From the NCBI GenBank assembly GCA_050287845.1, contig JBNKCR010000129.1, forward strand, positions 7,364 through 71,363: 64,000 nt of DNA, written 5' to 3'. A program made the translations under genes and the position numbers. Source of the DNA: Polyangia bacterium. Its GTDB lineage: Bacteria > Myxococcota_A > Polyangia > JAAYKL01. Position 1 is the stretch's first letter. The number at the start of each line of letters is the position of its first letter. Below are positions 49,149 through 58,800 of this stretch, piece by piece. The notes under the pieces are model-generated. The model had not been told where the DNA came from, searched no databases, and saw only the letters and a program-made list of their open reading frames with translations.

Positions 49149-49337
49149 GAGGTCTCGGGCTCCATTTTCTGTTGATATACATTGAGAATAGTATCTCGCT
49201 TTCTATATTCGCAATCACCAGAGTTAAACACATCTCAGGCTGAGTGCAACCTCACCGTCGTAACATCCGGCCTTCATCGGACAGATGCTTCGGGAATTAC
49301 ATCAGACATGAAAGTAAACATGATGCTGCGCGGCCAA

Positions 49338-49853
49338 TCAGGCGCCATCGAGACCATGACGCTCTGATGCGTCAAACCAGGCTTCGGGGTCCTGCAGATA
49401 CGCAAGGGAATCTTCGATGGAAAGCTGGTGATCATGTTCGATTTTTTTCAGAAAACCGAAGAATTCCTGTTCTCTGGGGTTCTTGCATTTTTTCACCAGA
49501 TCCGCATAGAAGTCTGCGGCGTCTTTTTCAAACTGAGCTGCCGCTTTCAATGCTTCAATATCACTGTCGTCGTGGGCTTTTGTTTCTTCAGCCTTGTAGT
49601 CGAGTTTTTCGAGCTCTTCTTTTACATTGCTGTCCTGCATTTCCAGGTTCACATCTTCTGGCCATGCGCCATCCGCCAGGAGCGTACTGTGGAGTTTGTT
49701 AATCCACCGTTTGTGGTCTTCCTCTTCCTCCGCCAGCGTTTCAAGCAGACGTTTCACCACGGGATTGGTCGAACGGGCCGCCTCTTTCAGATAGTAATCT
49801 TTTTCGCGTTGCTCATTGTCCATTGCAAATTTTATTGAAGAAATTTTATCCAT
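49338..49853 (-). CDS. ferritin-like / rubrerythrin-like diiron domain protein
   Basis: 171 aa; paired E...E-x-x-H helices (TLAEEEEDHKRW, KKIEHDHQL); no rubredoxin module. Confidence 0.6.
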   Translation of the reverse strand: MDKISSIKFAMDNEQREKDYYLKEAARSTNPVVKRLLETLAEEEEDHKRWINKLHSTLLADGAWPEDVNLEMQDSNVKEELEKLDYKAEETKAHDDSDIEALKAAAQFEKDAADFYADLVKKCKNPREQEFFGFLKKIEHDHQLSIEDSLAYLQDPEAWFDASERHGLDGA

Positions 49854-49896
49854 AACTTTGCTCCTTTACAAAAATCGATGTCCACAAAAGTGAAAA

Positions 49897-50385
49897 CTAG
49901 TTTTCCACCAGCACAACCTCATCGTATTCGACTTCAAATCGCAGTTTGTGCTTTGCTTCTTCCTGGGCCAGCGCAAGAAACAGCGCTTTAATCTCGGGGG
50001 TATCCACTCGACTCGCCAAATCCATGTACAGGCGGAATGCCTGTTTCTCCTGTTGCATGGCAAACAGCAGAATATCCTGGTACGACGGGGATTCACCCAG
50101 CTTCACAGGAACTGTATAATCCGAGAGCTTCATATCGGATGTCGCCGAAGCGCTCTCCAGTACATCTTCGCCTTCCAGAACGTCCTCAAGCTTTTTCCGG
50201 TGTTCCATTTCTTCTTCAGCGTACTCCAGAAAGATTTTTCTGATTTCATTGTTCTTCGCCCTGGCGGCCAGATCGGTATAGAGTACCGCTGAGCGCTGTT
50301 CAAGAGATATGGCATACTCCAGGATGTCCTTTGTGCTCAGGTGTCCGGTCATCGTTATATTCTCACCATTACGTAAGACAGGCAC
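49897..50385 (-). CDS. ferritin-like / rubrerythrin-like diiron domain protein
   Basis: 162 aa; YAEEEMEHRKKL and LAQEEAKHKLRF motifs; start may be the internal MTGHLSTKDI (50352). Confidence 0.6.
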   Translation of the reverse strand: MPVLRNGENITMTGHLSTKDILEYAISLEQRSAVLYTDLAARAKNNEIRKIFLEYAEEEMEHRKKLEDVLEGEDVLESASATSDMKLSDYTVPVKLGESPSYQDILLFAMQQEKQAFRLYMDLASRVDTPEIKALFLALAQEEAKHKLRFEVEYDEVVLVEN

Positions 50386-50441
50386 GGGTGTTGCGCAAAA
50401 CGCTTACGGATTCGGGCAACACTTTCGCGCCTGCGGATTCA

Positions 50442-50984
50442 TCAGAAATATCGTTTCAACAGTCCGGCAAATGCCTGACCGTGCCTTGCTTCGTCTTTGC
50501 ACATTTCATGTACGGTATCGTGAATGGCATCGTAATTCAGCTGTTTGGCTTTGGTTGCGATGTCCTTTTTCCCCTGGCAGGCGCCGTGCTCCGCAGCGAC
50601 GCGCATTTCCAGGTTTTTCTTTGTGTCTGCCACAAGCACTTCACCCAGAAGCTCAGCAAACTTGGCCGCATGTTCCGCTTCTTCGAATGCAATGCGTTTG
50701 TATGCTTCGGCAACTTCCGGATACCCTTCGCGTTCCGCCTGTCGGCTCATGGCGAGGTACATGCCCACCTCCGTGCATTCGCCCATGAAATTCTGACGCA
50801 ATCCTTCCAGTATTTCGGCGTCAACATCTTTGGCCACGCCAATGCGATGCTCATCCGCCCAGGTCATTCCGGTACCGGACTGCTCCTGAAATTTTTCTTT
50901 GGGGGCGCCGCATTGGGGGCATTTGTCCGGCGCACTGTCGCCTTCGTATACGTAACCACAAATGGTGCAAATGTATTTTTTCAT
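50442..50984 (-). CDS. reverse rubrerythrin (N-terminal rubredoxin-like, C-terminal ferritin-like)
   Basis: Start at [15 protein letters not shown] (ORF opens at 51005); CxxC...CxxC at the N-terminus (CTICGY...CPQCGAP), then a diiron four-helix region ([20 protein letters not shown]). Confidence 0.8.
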   Translation of the reverse strand: MKKYICTICGYVYEGDSAPDKCPQCGAPKEKFQEQSGTGMTWADEHRIGVAKDVDAEILEGLRQNFMGECTEVGMYLAMSRQAEREGYPEVAEAYKRIAFEEAEHAAKFAELLGEVLVADTKKNLEMRVAAEHGACQGKKDIATKAKQLNYDAIHDTVHEMCKDEARHGQAFAGLLKRYF

Positions 50985-51065
50985 TTGATACTCCTCTTTT
51001 TTCAATCGGTTAATTGTTGTTGATGTGATTGCATCATTAATGTCTCCGCGCGTATTGTCAATCGC

Positions 51066-51311
51066 TCATGTGTGCCACTTGCCTGCAATCCGATGCTTCT
51101 CACACTCTTTTTCTGTGAGTTTGATCAGTCTGTAGGCGGTATCGCGCAAAATACTGTAAATCACGCCACAGGAATCATCATCCCTGTCCCGGTCGCCCTC
51201 ATCCGCCAATGCCAGCATTTCCTGGCTGAGTCGCATGGTTCTGAGCAGATTGTCGTTGTACGGTTTGTACGGTTTTGTCATCTCGCCATCCATTCTGCGA
51301 TGTATCACCAT
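51066..51311 (-). CDS. hypothetical small protein
   Basis: 81-aa ORF directly upstream, same strand, of the reverse rubrerythrin gene; no motif recognised. Confidence 0.35.
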   Translation of the reverse strand: MVIHRRMDGEMTKPYKPYNDNLLRTMRLSQEMLALADEGDRDRDDDSCGVIYSILRDTAYRLIKLTEKECEKHRIAGKWHT

Positions 51312-51635
51312 TTTTCCGCCGGCATCGCGATGGCAGGCTATTTAGCGAATGCCATGCCAGTTTAAAAAAACGTTTAATATCAACCTGTTGATTGAATTGT
51401 TGTTCAAAAATGTCTCATTGGCAGTGTCTCGGCGCGTTGCTTCCGGGGCTGTGAGACAAACGGCCGACGAGACAGATACTGCGGCGACAAATCGGTGTTG
51501 GTGCGGTCAAATCCTGCCTGAAAGAGATTGTGTCGAGGTTCGCAGTAGCGGCGGGAACTTCCATGATTACAGTGGTGAAACAGCAGATCACAATCATATA
51601 TAACCGTGCAGTTTGCACAGTGATACAGGAGAACA

Positions 51636-51902
51636 ATGATGAGCAGCCCCAAAACCTATGAATACAGGGCCAATCTTTCCCGGGAACAGATTCTGGAATA
51701 TCTCGAGAATGTTGCAGCCGGTATCCGGTCCGGTAAAGTGATATTACAAAACGGACAGGGGGAGCTGGCGCTGGAAACAACCCCCACCACCAGGCTCGAA
51801 GTGTCTGTGAAGCAGAGCGCTAAATCCACCGGTCTGAAACTCAAGTTCAAGTGGCGAAATGATACCGATTCCCGGGATGAGTCCAGTACCGCGGAGAACT
51901 GA
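51636..51902 (+). CDS. hypothetical small protein (amphi-Trp-domain-like)
   Basis: 88-aa ORF with GGAGAA RBS; pattern ELALETTPTTRLEVSVKQSAKSTGLKLKFKW resembles the amphi-Trp small-protein family. Confidence 0.45.
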   Translation: MMSSPKTYEYRANLSREQILEYLENVAAGIRSGKVILQNGQGELALETTPTTRLEVSVKQSAKSTGLKLKFKWRNDTDSRDESSTAEN

Positions 51903-52200
51903 GCGCCGCCGGGATGAGTTCTCTCCCCGGAATGCCGGGATGCGATTCCCATGGTTTTACTGATGGTGAATATTTACCGGATTTTTGAAAACGGATGTTT
52001 TATCACCGAAATATGCCGAAAAAGTGGAAACCCGGTCTTCAGCACTGTCCGGAAATGCCGATTTTCAGGGTGTCTCTCAATTGCGCATGTATCGCTTATG
52101 CGAGCAAACCAGTTGGCAGAAACATTGAACAGAACTGAAGCATTGAACAGAATTGAAACATTGAAATCATCACCATACGAACCCGGGATAATGAGAGATC

Positions 52201-53019
52201 ATGACCTTTTTGGAACCGTATTCGAGCCCGCGTGTACTTGCCACGGCCGGTCTCCCCAATGAGCAGGATCGCTTTTCAGACGCAGGGATAATTTCGAAAG
52301 CGCCCGTGGAGGTGACCCACGAACTGGCTTCGCTGCTGGCGCACCTGCATGAGCGCGTATCTCCCAACTATCGTCCGCGCGAAATCATTCTGGAGCTGTT
52401 GGCCGAGCTCGAAAGAAAATCGGCATTCACCGCCCAGCATTCGATGAAGGTGGCCACCGTTGCCCGCATTCTCGCCAAATCACTGCATCTCGATATTGTG
52501 GCCCTGGAGCGAATCAGCCTTGCTGCGTTACTCCACGACGTGGGCAAACTGGTGATTCCCATCCGCATCCTGAACAAAAAGAAAGCGTTGTCGGATGCAG
52601 AACGCCGTTGCATCCAGACCCATGCCGTATTCACCGATGTCATCCTCTCCGCATTTCCCATCTTCGATGCCATTCGGGGGATTGCCACACTGCATCACGA
52701 ACACCTCAATGGCACCGGGTATCCGTTCGGGTATGGCGGCAGCGACCTTTCCATGGAAACGCGGATTATCACCGTGTCCGACATCTTTGTTGCATTGACC
52801 GAAGATAGACCCTATCGCCCCGGCGTGACCCAATCCGCCGCACTCCACAAGCTGCAGATGCTGGCCAGTGAGGATATTGTGGACCGCAGGCTGGTGGAAA
52901 GTGCCAGGCAACATCTGCTTCCCCACAACCACTCTTCCGCCATCTGGTTTCCATCCCGGACCGCCATCTCCATCGCCCTCGATTTCGAGTCCCTGCAGAC
53001 TGCCGGAATGATTTCGTAA
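52201..53019 (+). CDS. HD-GYP domain phosphohydrolase (putative c-di-GMP phosphodiesterase)
   Basis: 272 aa; HD motif LLHDVGKL and GYP motif HLNGTGYPFG. Confidence 0.8.
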   Translation: MTFLEPYSSPRVLATAGLPNEQDRFSDAGIISKAPVEVTHELASLLAHLHERVSPNYRPREIILELLAELERKSAFTAQHSMKVATVARILAKSLHLDIVALERISLAALLHDVGKLVIPIRILNKKKALSDAERRCIQTHAVFTDVILSAFPIFDAIRGIATLHHEHLNGTGYPFGYGGSDLSMETRIITVSDIFVALTEDRPYRPGVTQSAALHKLQMLASEDIVDRRLVESARQHLLPHNHSSAIWFPSRTAISIALDFESLQTAGMIS

Positions 53020-53114
53020 TCACCTTTCTTTCAGGGACATAAGAAATATGCGACGTGCGGGTCCTGTGCTATAACAATCTCTGGTTTACAAAGCGTGACA
53101 ACAAGGGAGGTCCT

Positions 53115-53999
53115 ATGAATCGATTGGGTATCAGTCTCTGTATCTGCATCTTTGCCATCGGTTGCGGTGGCGGTAATCCAGCCATATCGGATTCGGCAGT
53201 TTCACCTGCCCGGGAAAATTCTGATGGAAACGTTTCCACGGCACCGGGAGGCGTTGATGAGTTCGGCACCAGAACCGGTGATGCATCCGGGGGCGGGGTC
53301 AGTGGTTCGAAGTTGACCCCCACGGAAACCGAAGCCGTGCTGAAACTGATTGTGCAGTCCGAAGGCGTTGGGCCAATGGCGAAGGTGGTGGTGAGAGCGG
53401 TGACTTTGGACGGAAAGAAATTTTACACGCCGGAAACGGATTCCATGGGATACACGGAAATTCTGGTGCCCAGGGGAGCGCAGTTGACGCTCACGTATCT
53501 GTCTCTGTTCACCGATGATATTCAGAAGCAGACCGTCATTCCCGACAAACCCCATGTGACCATGAAACTGACACTCACCTGGATTCCCCCCAAACCCCGG
53601 CCCATTGAAACGCCGGATCCCGGGGTGCTGATTGCGCAATCCCCATCTGCTGAACCATCTCTCATCCTGGATGGCGTGGTGTTCGATACCGGCAAATCCA
53701 CGCTTCGTCCGGAATCCTACGAGCACATTGAATCGGTGCTGGAATACCTCACATATAAACCCAGTGCGATTATTGAGCTGTCCGGTCACACGGACAACGT
53801 GGGCAATCCGAAGAAGAATCTGAATCTTTCCGAAGATCGGGCAAACGCGGTGCGGGACTATCTGATTTCAAAGGGGATAGATGGCAGTCGCATCATTGCA
53901 GTGGGATATGGCGAGCAACGGCCGATTGCGTCCAACAATACCGAAGAAGGACGCCAATTGAATCGACGTACCGAAGCCAAAGATATCGCAAAACTATAG
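53115..53999 (+). CDS. OmpA-family lipoprotein (peptidoglycan-binding OmpA/MotB C-terminal domain)
   Basis: Start at MNRLGISLCICIFAIGC with AGGGAGG RBS (ORF opens at 53055); lipobox AIGC; C-terminal domain with NLSEDRANAVRDYL...GYGEQRPI. Confidence 0.8.
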   Translation: MNRLGISLCICIFAIGCGGGNPAISDSAVSPARENSDGNVSTAPGGVDEFGTRTGDASGGGVSGSKLTPTETEAVLKLIVQSEGVGPMAKVVVRAVTLDGKKFYTPETDSMGYTEILVPRGAQLTLTYLSLFTDDIQKQTVIPDKPHVTMKLTLTWIPPKPRPIETPDPGVLIAQSPSAEPSLILDGVVFDTGKSTLRPESYEHIESVLEYLTYKPSAIIELSGHTDNVGNPKKNLNLSEDRANAVRDYLISKGIDGSRIIAVGYGEQRPIASNNTEEGRQLNRRTEAKDIAKL

Positions 54000-54222
54000 C
54001 GCCACGGGCAGGACGGTGCGACGCTTCCCCGGTGCGCCGGGATGTGAAGCCCACCGCATCGCCGGTCTGTCGCCTAAACAACGAGACGGCCTTTCGTAAT
54101 ATTATTAATTTAGCAATTATTTGTTTTCGGTAAGTACAGAAAATACGTGTAGTTTTTGGTTCGCGCAGTGGTATAAACCTTTGGAACGGATAAAAAATGA
54201 TTTTCGCAACCCCGGACCAGAT

Positions 54223-55851
54223 ATGACATTGATCCGTTTTTTATTGAGTGCGTCCCTGAAAATGACGCTGCTCACCATATTCGTGGCACTGCTCAGCGGC
54301 GCATTCAGCGGCGCCGTTGTGGCTGTGGTGCATCGGACGATTGAATCAGACCGTGAACTGACGCTGCTGCTGGGTATCGCATTTGTTCTGGCGGCGACCG
54401 GTAAACTGATTACCGGATATTTCAGTGAAGTCATGCTCACCAGAAGAGCGCAGACCGCCGTCGCCGCGTTGCGTCTGGACCTGGTTCGCAAACTGCAGCG
54501 GGTGCCGTTCAAGCGCTTTGAGGAGTTGGGACAGGCGAGGATTCTCACCACCTTCACCGACGATGTGGCGTCAGTAAGCCAGGGGCTGTACCAGCTGCCG
54601 GCATTCACCATCAACGTTGCGGTGTCTCTGGGCGGGGCGCTGTACCTGGTATATCTGTCGTGGCAGACACTGTTTCTCCTCGGCGGGCTGTCGCTCATTG
54701 GCGCCCTGGTGTATCGCTTCATGCTGAGACGTGCATGGCGGGTGTATGGCCTGGCGCGCGATGAGCGGGATCGACTGAACAATCACCTCGTTACATTGAC
54801 CCGGGGTATGAAGGAACTCAAACTGCACCGACCGCGACGTCATGCCTATACCGAAGTTGAGCTCCAACACAGCACCGACAGGCTCATGGAACTGGATGTC
54901 AAATCCCACTCGCGGTATATTCTGGCCCACAGCACCACCCATTTTTTTCTGATGGTCCTCATCGGACTGATTGTATTTGTCTCGCCCCAGCTCCTGCATA
55001 TTTCCGAAACCACGGTGACCGGATATGTGTTGATTGCACTTTTTCTGATGGGACCCCTGAGCGGGATTGCCGGCACCATGCCGGTATTCAGCCGGGCCGG
55101 GGTGGCTGTGGATCGCATCCGCAAACTGGGGATTTCATTCGATTCCGGCAAGCAGGAAAAAGCGGTGGTCACTGCAGAGGACGCCGCGTCGTTTATGGAA
55201 ATATCGCTGAATGAGGCCACATGTGTCTATGAAAGGGAAGGGGACGCCCCCTTTACCCTTGGACCGGTGAACCTGAAATTCGGTCCGGGCGAATTGATTT
55301 TTATTACCGGCGGAAATGGAAGTGGCAAGTCTACCCTCGCGAAGTTACTCACCGGTCTGTATGCACCCGGGGACGGTCAGATTCTGTGGAATGGCACACC
55401 GGTGACTGACGAAAATCGGGATGATTACCGGCAGCTGTATACCACGGTGTTTTCAGATTTCTTTTTATTTGAATCGCTGCTGGGACTGGATTCCCCCAAT
55501 CTGGACACCCGGGCGCAGAGCCATTTGAAAAATCTGGGACTCGATAAAAAAGTGCGCATTGAACATGGCGCATTGTCAACGGTGAATCTTTCAACCGGAC
55601 AACGAAAGCGGCTGGCATTGCTGACCGCATATCTTGAAAATCGACCAATCTATGTGTTTGACGAGTGGGCAGCGGACCAGGACCCGTCGTTCAGAAAAGT
55701 GTTTTATGAAGAACTGATTCACGATTTGAAAGCAGAGGGCAAAACAATCCTCGTGATTACGCATGATGACAGATATTTTCACCTGGCGGACCGACATTTT
55801 GAAATGAGGGACGGGCAGATGGCAGAACGGGACAGACAAAAAAAGGAATAG
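54223..55851 (+). CDS. cyclic-peptide/siderophore-type ABC exporter (fused permease-ATPase)
   Basis: Start at MTLIRFLL (ORF opens at 54121); N-terminal six-helix permease; C-terminal ATPase with Walker A GGNGSGKST, signature LSTGQRKRLALL, Walker B IYVFDEW. Confidence 0.8.
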   Translation: MTLIRFLLSASLKMTLLTIFVALLSGAFSGAVVAVVHRTIESDRELTLLLGIAFVLAATGKLITGYFSEVMLTRRAQTAVAALRLDLVRKLQRVPFKRFEELGQARILTTFTDDVASVSQGLYQLPAFTINVAVSLGGALYLVYLSWQTLFLLGGLSLIGALVYRFMLRRAWRVYGLARDERDRLNNHLVTLTRGMKELKLHRPRRHAYTEVELQHSTDRLMELDVKSHSRYILAHSTTHFFLMVLIGLIVFVSPQLLHISETTVTGYVLIALFLMGPLSGIAGTMPVFSRAGVAVDRIRKLGISFDSGKQEKAVVTAEDAASFMEISLNEATCVYEREGDAPFTLGPVNLKFGPGELIFITGGNGSGKSTLAKLLTGLYAPGDGQILWNGTPVTDENRDDYRQLYTTVFSDFFLFESLLGLDSPNLDTRAQSHLKNLGLDKKVRIEHGALSTVNLSTGQRKRLALLTAYLENRPIYVFDEWAADQDPSFRKVFYEELIHDLKAEGKTILVITHDDRYFHLADRHFEMRDGQMAERDRQKKE

Positions 55852-55859
55852 TATTTTTT

Positions 55860-58800
55860 ATGTTGGCATATGGAATAGATACCATCAACGAAGCTTTAAA
55901 ACGAAATGCAGAGCAGTATGGCGACGACATTGCGTTCCGATTCATCCAGGGCGGTACAGATGAAAAGAGTATCACCTACGCCGAACTGTATTCGAGAGCG
56001 CTGCAGATAGCTTCGCAGTTTCGATTGGCAGAAATCCCGTTACAGTCGAAGGTATTGATTCTGTATCCGTCCTCCCTTGAATACATCTGCACGCTGTTCG
56101 GTTGTTTTCTGGCGGGGACAACCGCGATACCGGCGTATCCACCGGTGTTCAACCGGTCACTCTCCGCCCTGCGGAATATCGTTCTCGATTCCGGAGCAAC
56201 CATCGCCTGTGTGGAATCGGCGATTCGGGAGCAGTTGCAACCGTTGCTTCACACGGAGTCCTGGCTCGAAAATCTGAACTGGATGACCCCGGAAGAAGAT
56301 GTTGACGACGCCGTCGATACGAGCGCCCTGCCAGATGTGGCGCCGGAAGACCTGGCCGTTCTGCAATACACGTCCGGTTCCACCAGTGCCCCCAAAGGCG
56401 TGATGTTGTCCCATCGAAATCTGGTGGCCAATGCCCATATGCTCATGGCGCGTGTGCAGGCGACCGCCCGGGTAGACAGAATGGTCGCCTGGCTGCCCCC
56501 GTTTCACGATATGGGTCTCATCGGGAGTATTCTGGCGCCGGTATGCGCCCGGGTGGAATCCACCCTGATGCCCCCCAGTTCGTTTATCAAAAAGCCCCTT
56601 CGCTGGCTGGAAGCGATTTCCAGATATCGGGGAACCATCACTGCGGCGCCGGATTTCGCGTACGAGATGTGTGTGCATCGCACCCCTCCGAAGCAGCGGG
56701 AACTGGTGGATCTCTCCAGCCTGCGCGTGGCCCTGAACGGGGCGGAGAAGGTTCGCGAAGACACGCTGAACCTGTTCTGTGATGCGTTTAAATCGCAGGG
56801 ATTCTCAATGTCGGCATTTGCGCCGTCCTACGGGTTGGCGGAAGCGACACTGGGGGTTGCCATCAAACGGAATGGCAATACGCCGCTTGCCCGCCGATTT
56901 GATACGGAGAAACTGAAGGAAGGGTTGGCGGTCCCGGTCGGCGGCGATGACGGCACATCCCTGGTCACCTGCGGCAAGCCCCTCGATGGCGTGGATGTGA
57001 AAATTGTTTCCATTGAAACGCGGCAAGTCGTTACACCCGGGATGATTGGCGAAATTTGGGTGCGCAGCGCCAGCGTGTCCAGGGGATACTGGCAGAAAAT
57101 CGAGTTGAGTCGTGAGATTTTTGAAGGAACGCTGCCTTCGGATGGCAGACCGGATGAGAAGTATCTGGCCACCGGTGATTTGGGATTCCTGTATGACAAT
57201 GAATTGTATGTGACCGGCCGCCACAAGGATCTGATCATTGTGCTGGGGGTCAATCATTATCCGGAAGACATCGAGAAAACAGTTGAATCCGCCCATCCCG
57301 CCATCCGGCAACATACTGTCATTGCGTTTGCGCTGCCGATAAACGGGACCGAGCGCGTGGTGGTGACCACTGAGATTGCCCGGGGCAATGAATTCGCCCT
57401 CGACGACATCATTGGTGCCATCCGCAATGCCATCAGCACCCGACATCAGTTGCCGGTGTACGATATTGTGCTGCTTCCCCAGGGAGGACAGGTGGCCAGG
57501 ACCACCAGCGGGAAGCCACGGCGCAGCGCGTCCCGGCAGAAGTACGAAGCCAACGGGTTTACGCCGCTGGGAAGCAGTCAGATGCAGCAGGGGACAGAAT
57601 CGGGTTCTCCGGCGGAAGAAATTGCAGTGGTCCAGCGGGTCATGGCGGAAGTGCTTTCGGTGGACCGGGTTTCAGCAGACGACGACTTCTTTGCCCTGGG
57701 CGGACATTCGCTCATCGCCACCCAGCTGGCCTCCCGGTTGGCATCTCTCTGGGAAAGAGAGGTGCCCGTGCGGGTGATATTCGAGCGGCCGACGGCTGCC
57801 CGGCTGGCGGGGGTGCGGCACTCGCTGCCGGTGACCGGAAAACGGAATCAGATACAGAAGGTGGACCGAAGCGGTCCGCTGGTGCTTTCCCACTCTCAGG
57901 AGCGAATGTGGCTGTTGCACCAGCTGGAACCGGATGGCACGGCATACAATGTTTCCGGTGCGGTAGTGGTGGATGGTCCGTTCAACGTGGTCCATTGCCA
58001 GACGGCGATGCAGCGCCTGGTTGACCGCCATGAAACCCTGCGAACCACTTTCCCTTCCGAAGGCGGTACGGTTTCTCCCATGATTCACTCCAATGTGAAA
58101 ATCAACGTTGTTTGTGAAGACCTGTCGAGCGCCGATGACCCGCTGGAACAGGCCGCACGCAAGGGGTCGCTGCTGGCCCACAGGCCGTTTGATCTGGCGA
58201 GGGATTTGCTGATACGGGTTGCCATATTCAAAGTTGCCGACGTTCGGCATGCCATTGTCATTTCGATGCATCATGTCATCTCCGATGCATGGTCTCTGGG
58301 CGTGGTGCTCAAAGAAATCATGGAAGACTACCTGGCATTGAACCGGGGCGAAGTTCCGACTTCGGTGGTGCCGGACATTCAGTATGTGGATTACGCGGCC
58401 TGGTTCCGGCCCGTCGTGGAAAGTGAACGGTTCAATGATGAACTGTCGTATTGGCGGAACCGACTGCAGGGCACACCGAATCTTGAACTGCCCACCGATC
58501 GGTCCCCGGGTTCGAATGTGAGTTCAGCAGGGGAAATGGAACGACTGCAAATTTCGGAAACCCTGCGCAATGAAATTGAGGATTTGGCCCATCAACATGG
58601 CGCCACGCCATTCATGGTGATGCTGCTGGCCTTTGAAACCCTGTTGTACCGGTACAGCCGGCAAACGGATTTTGCCATCGGGGTGCCCATTGCCAACCGC
58701 AATCATCATCAGTCCGAACATCTGGTTGGCACCCTGGTCAATACCCTGGCTTTCCGCGCGAATCTGAATCCAAAGGAGGCATTCAGTGCGCAACTGGAAC

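Noticed and set aside
51410-51440. Sigma-54-like TGGCAG...GGCG motif upstream of the amphi-Trp-like gene
   Set aside because: The -12 element does not match TTGCW; chance similarity more likely.
54027-54045. GC hairpin (CCCGG-TGCG-CCGGG) after the OmpA gene as a terminator
   Set aside because: No T tract follows; too weak to call.
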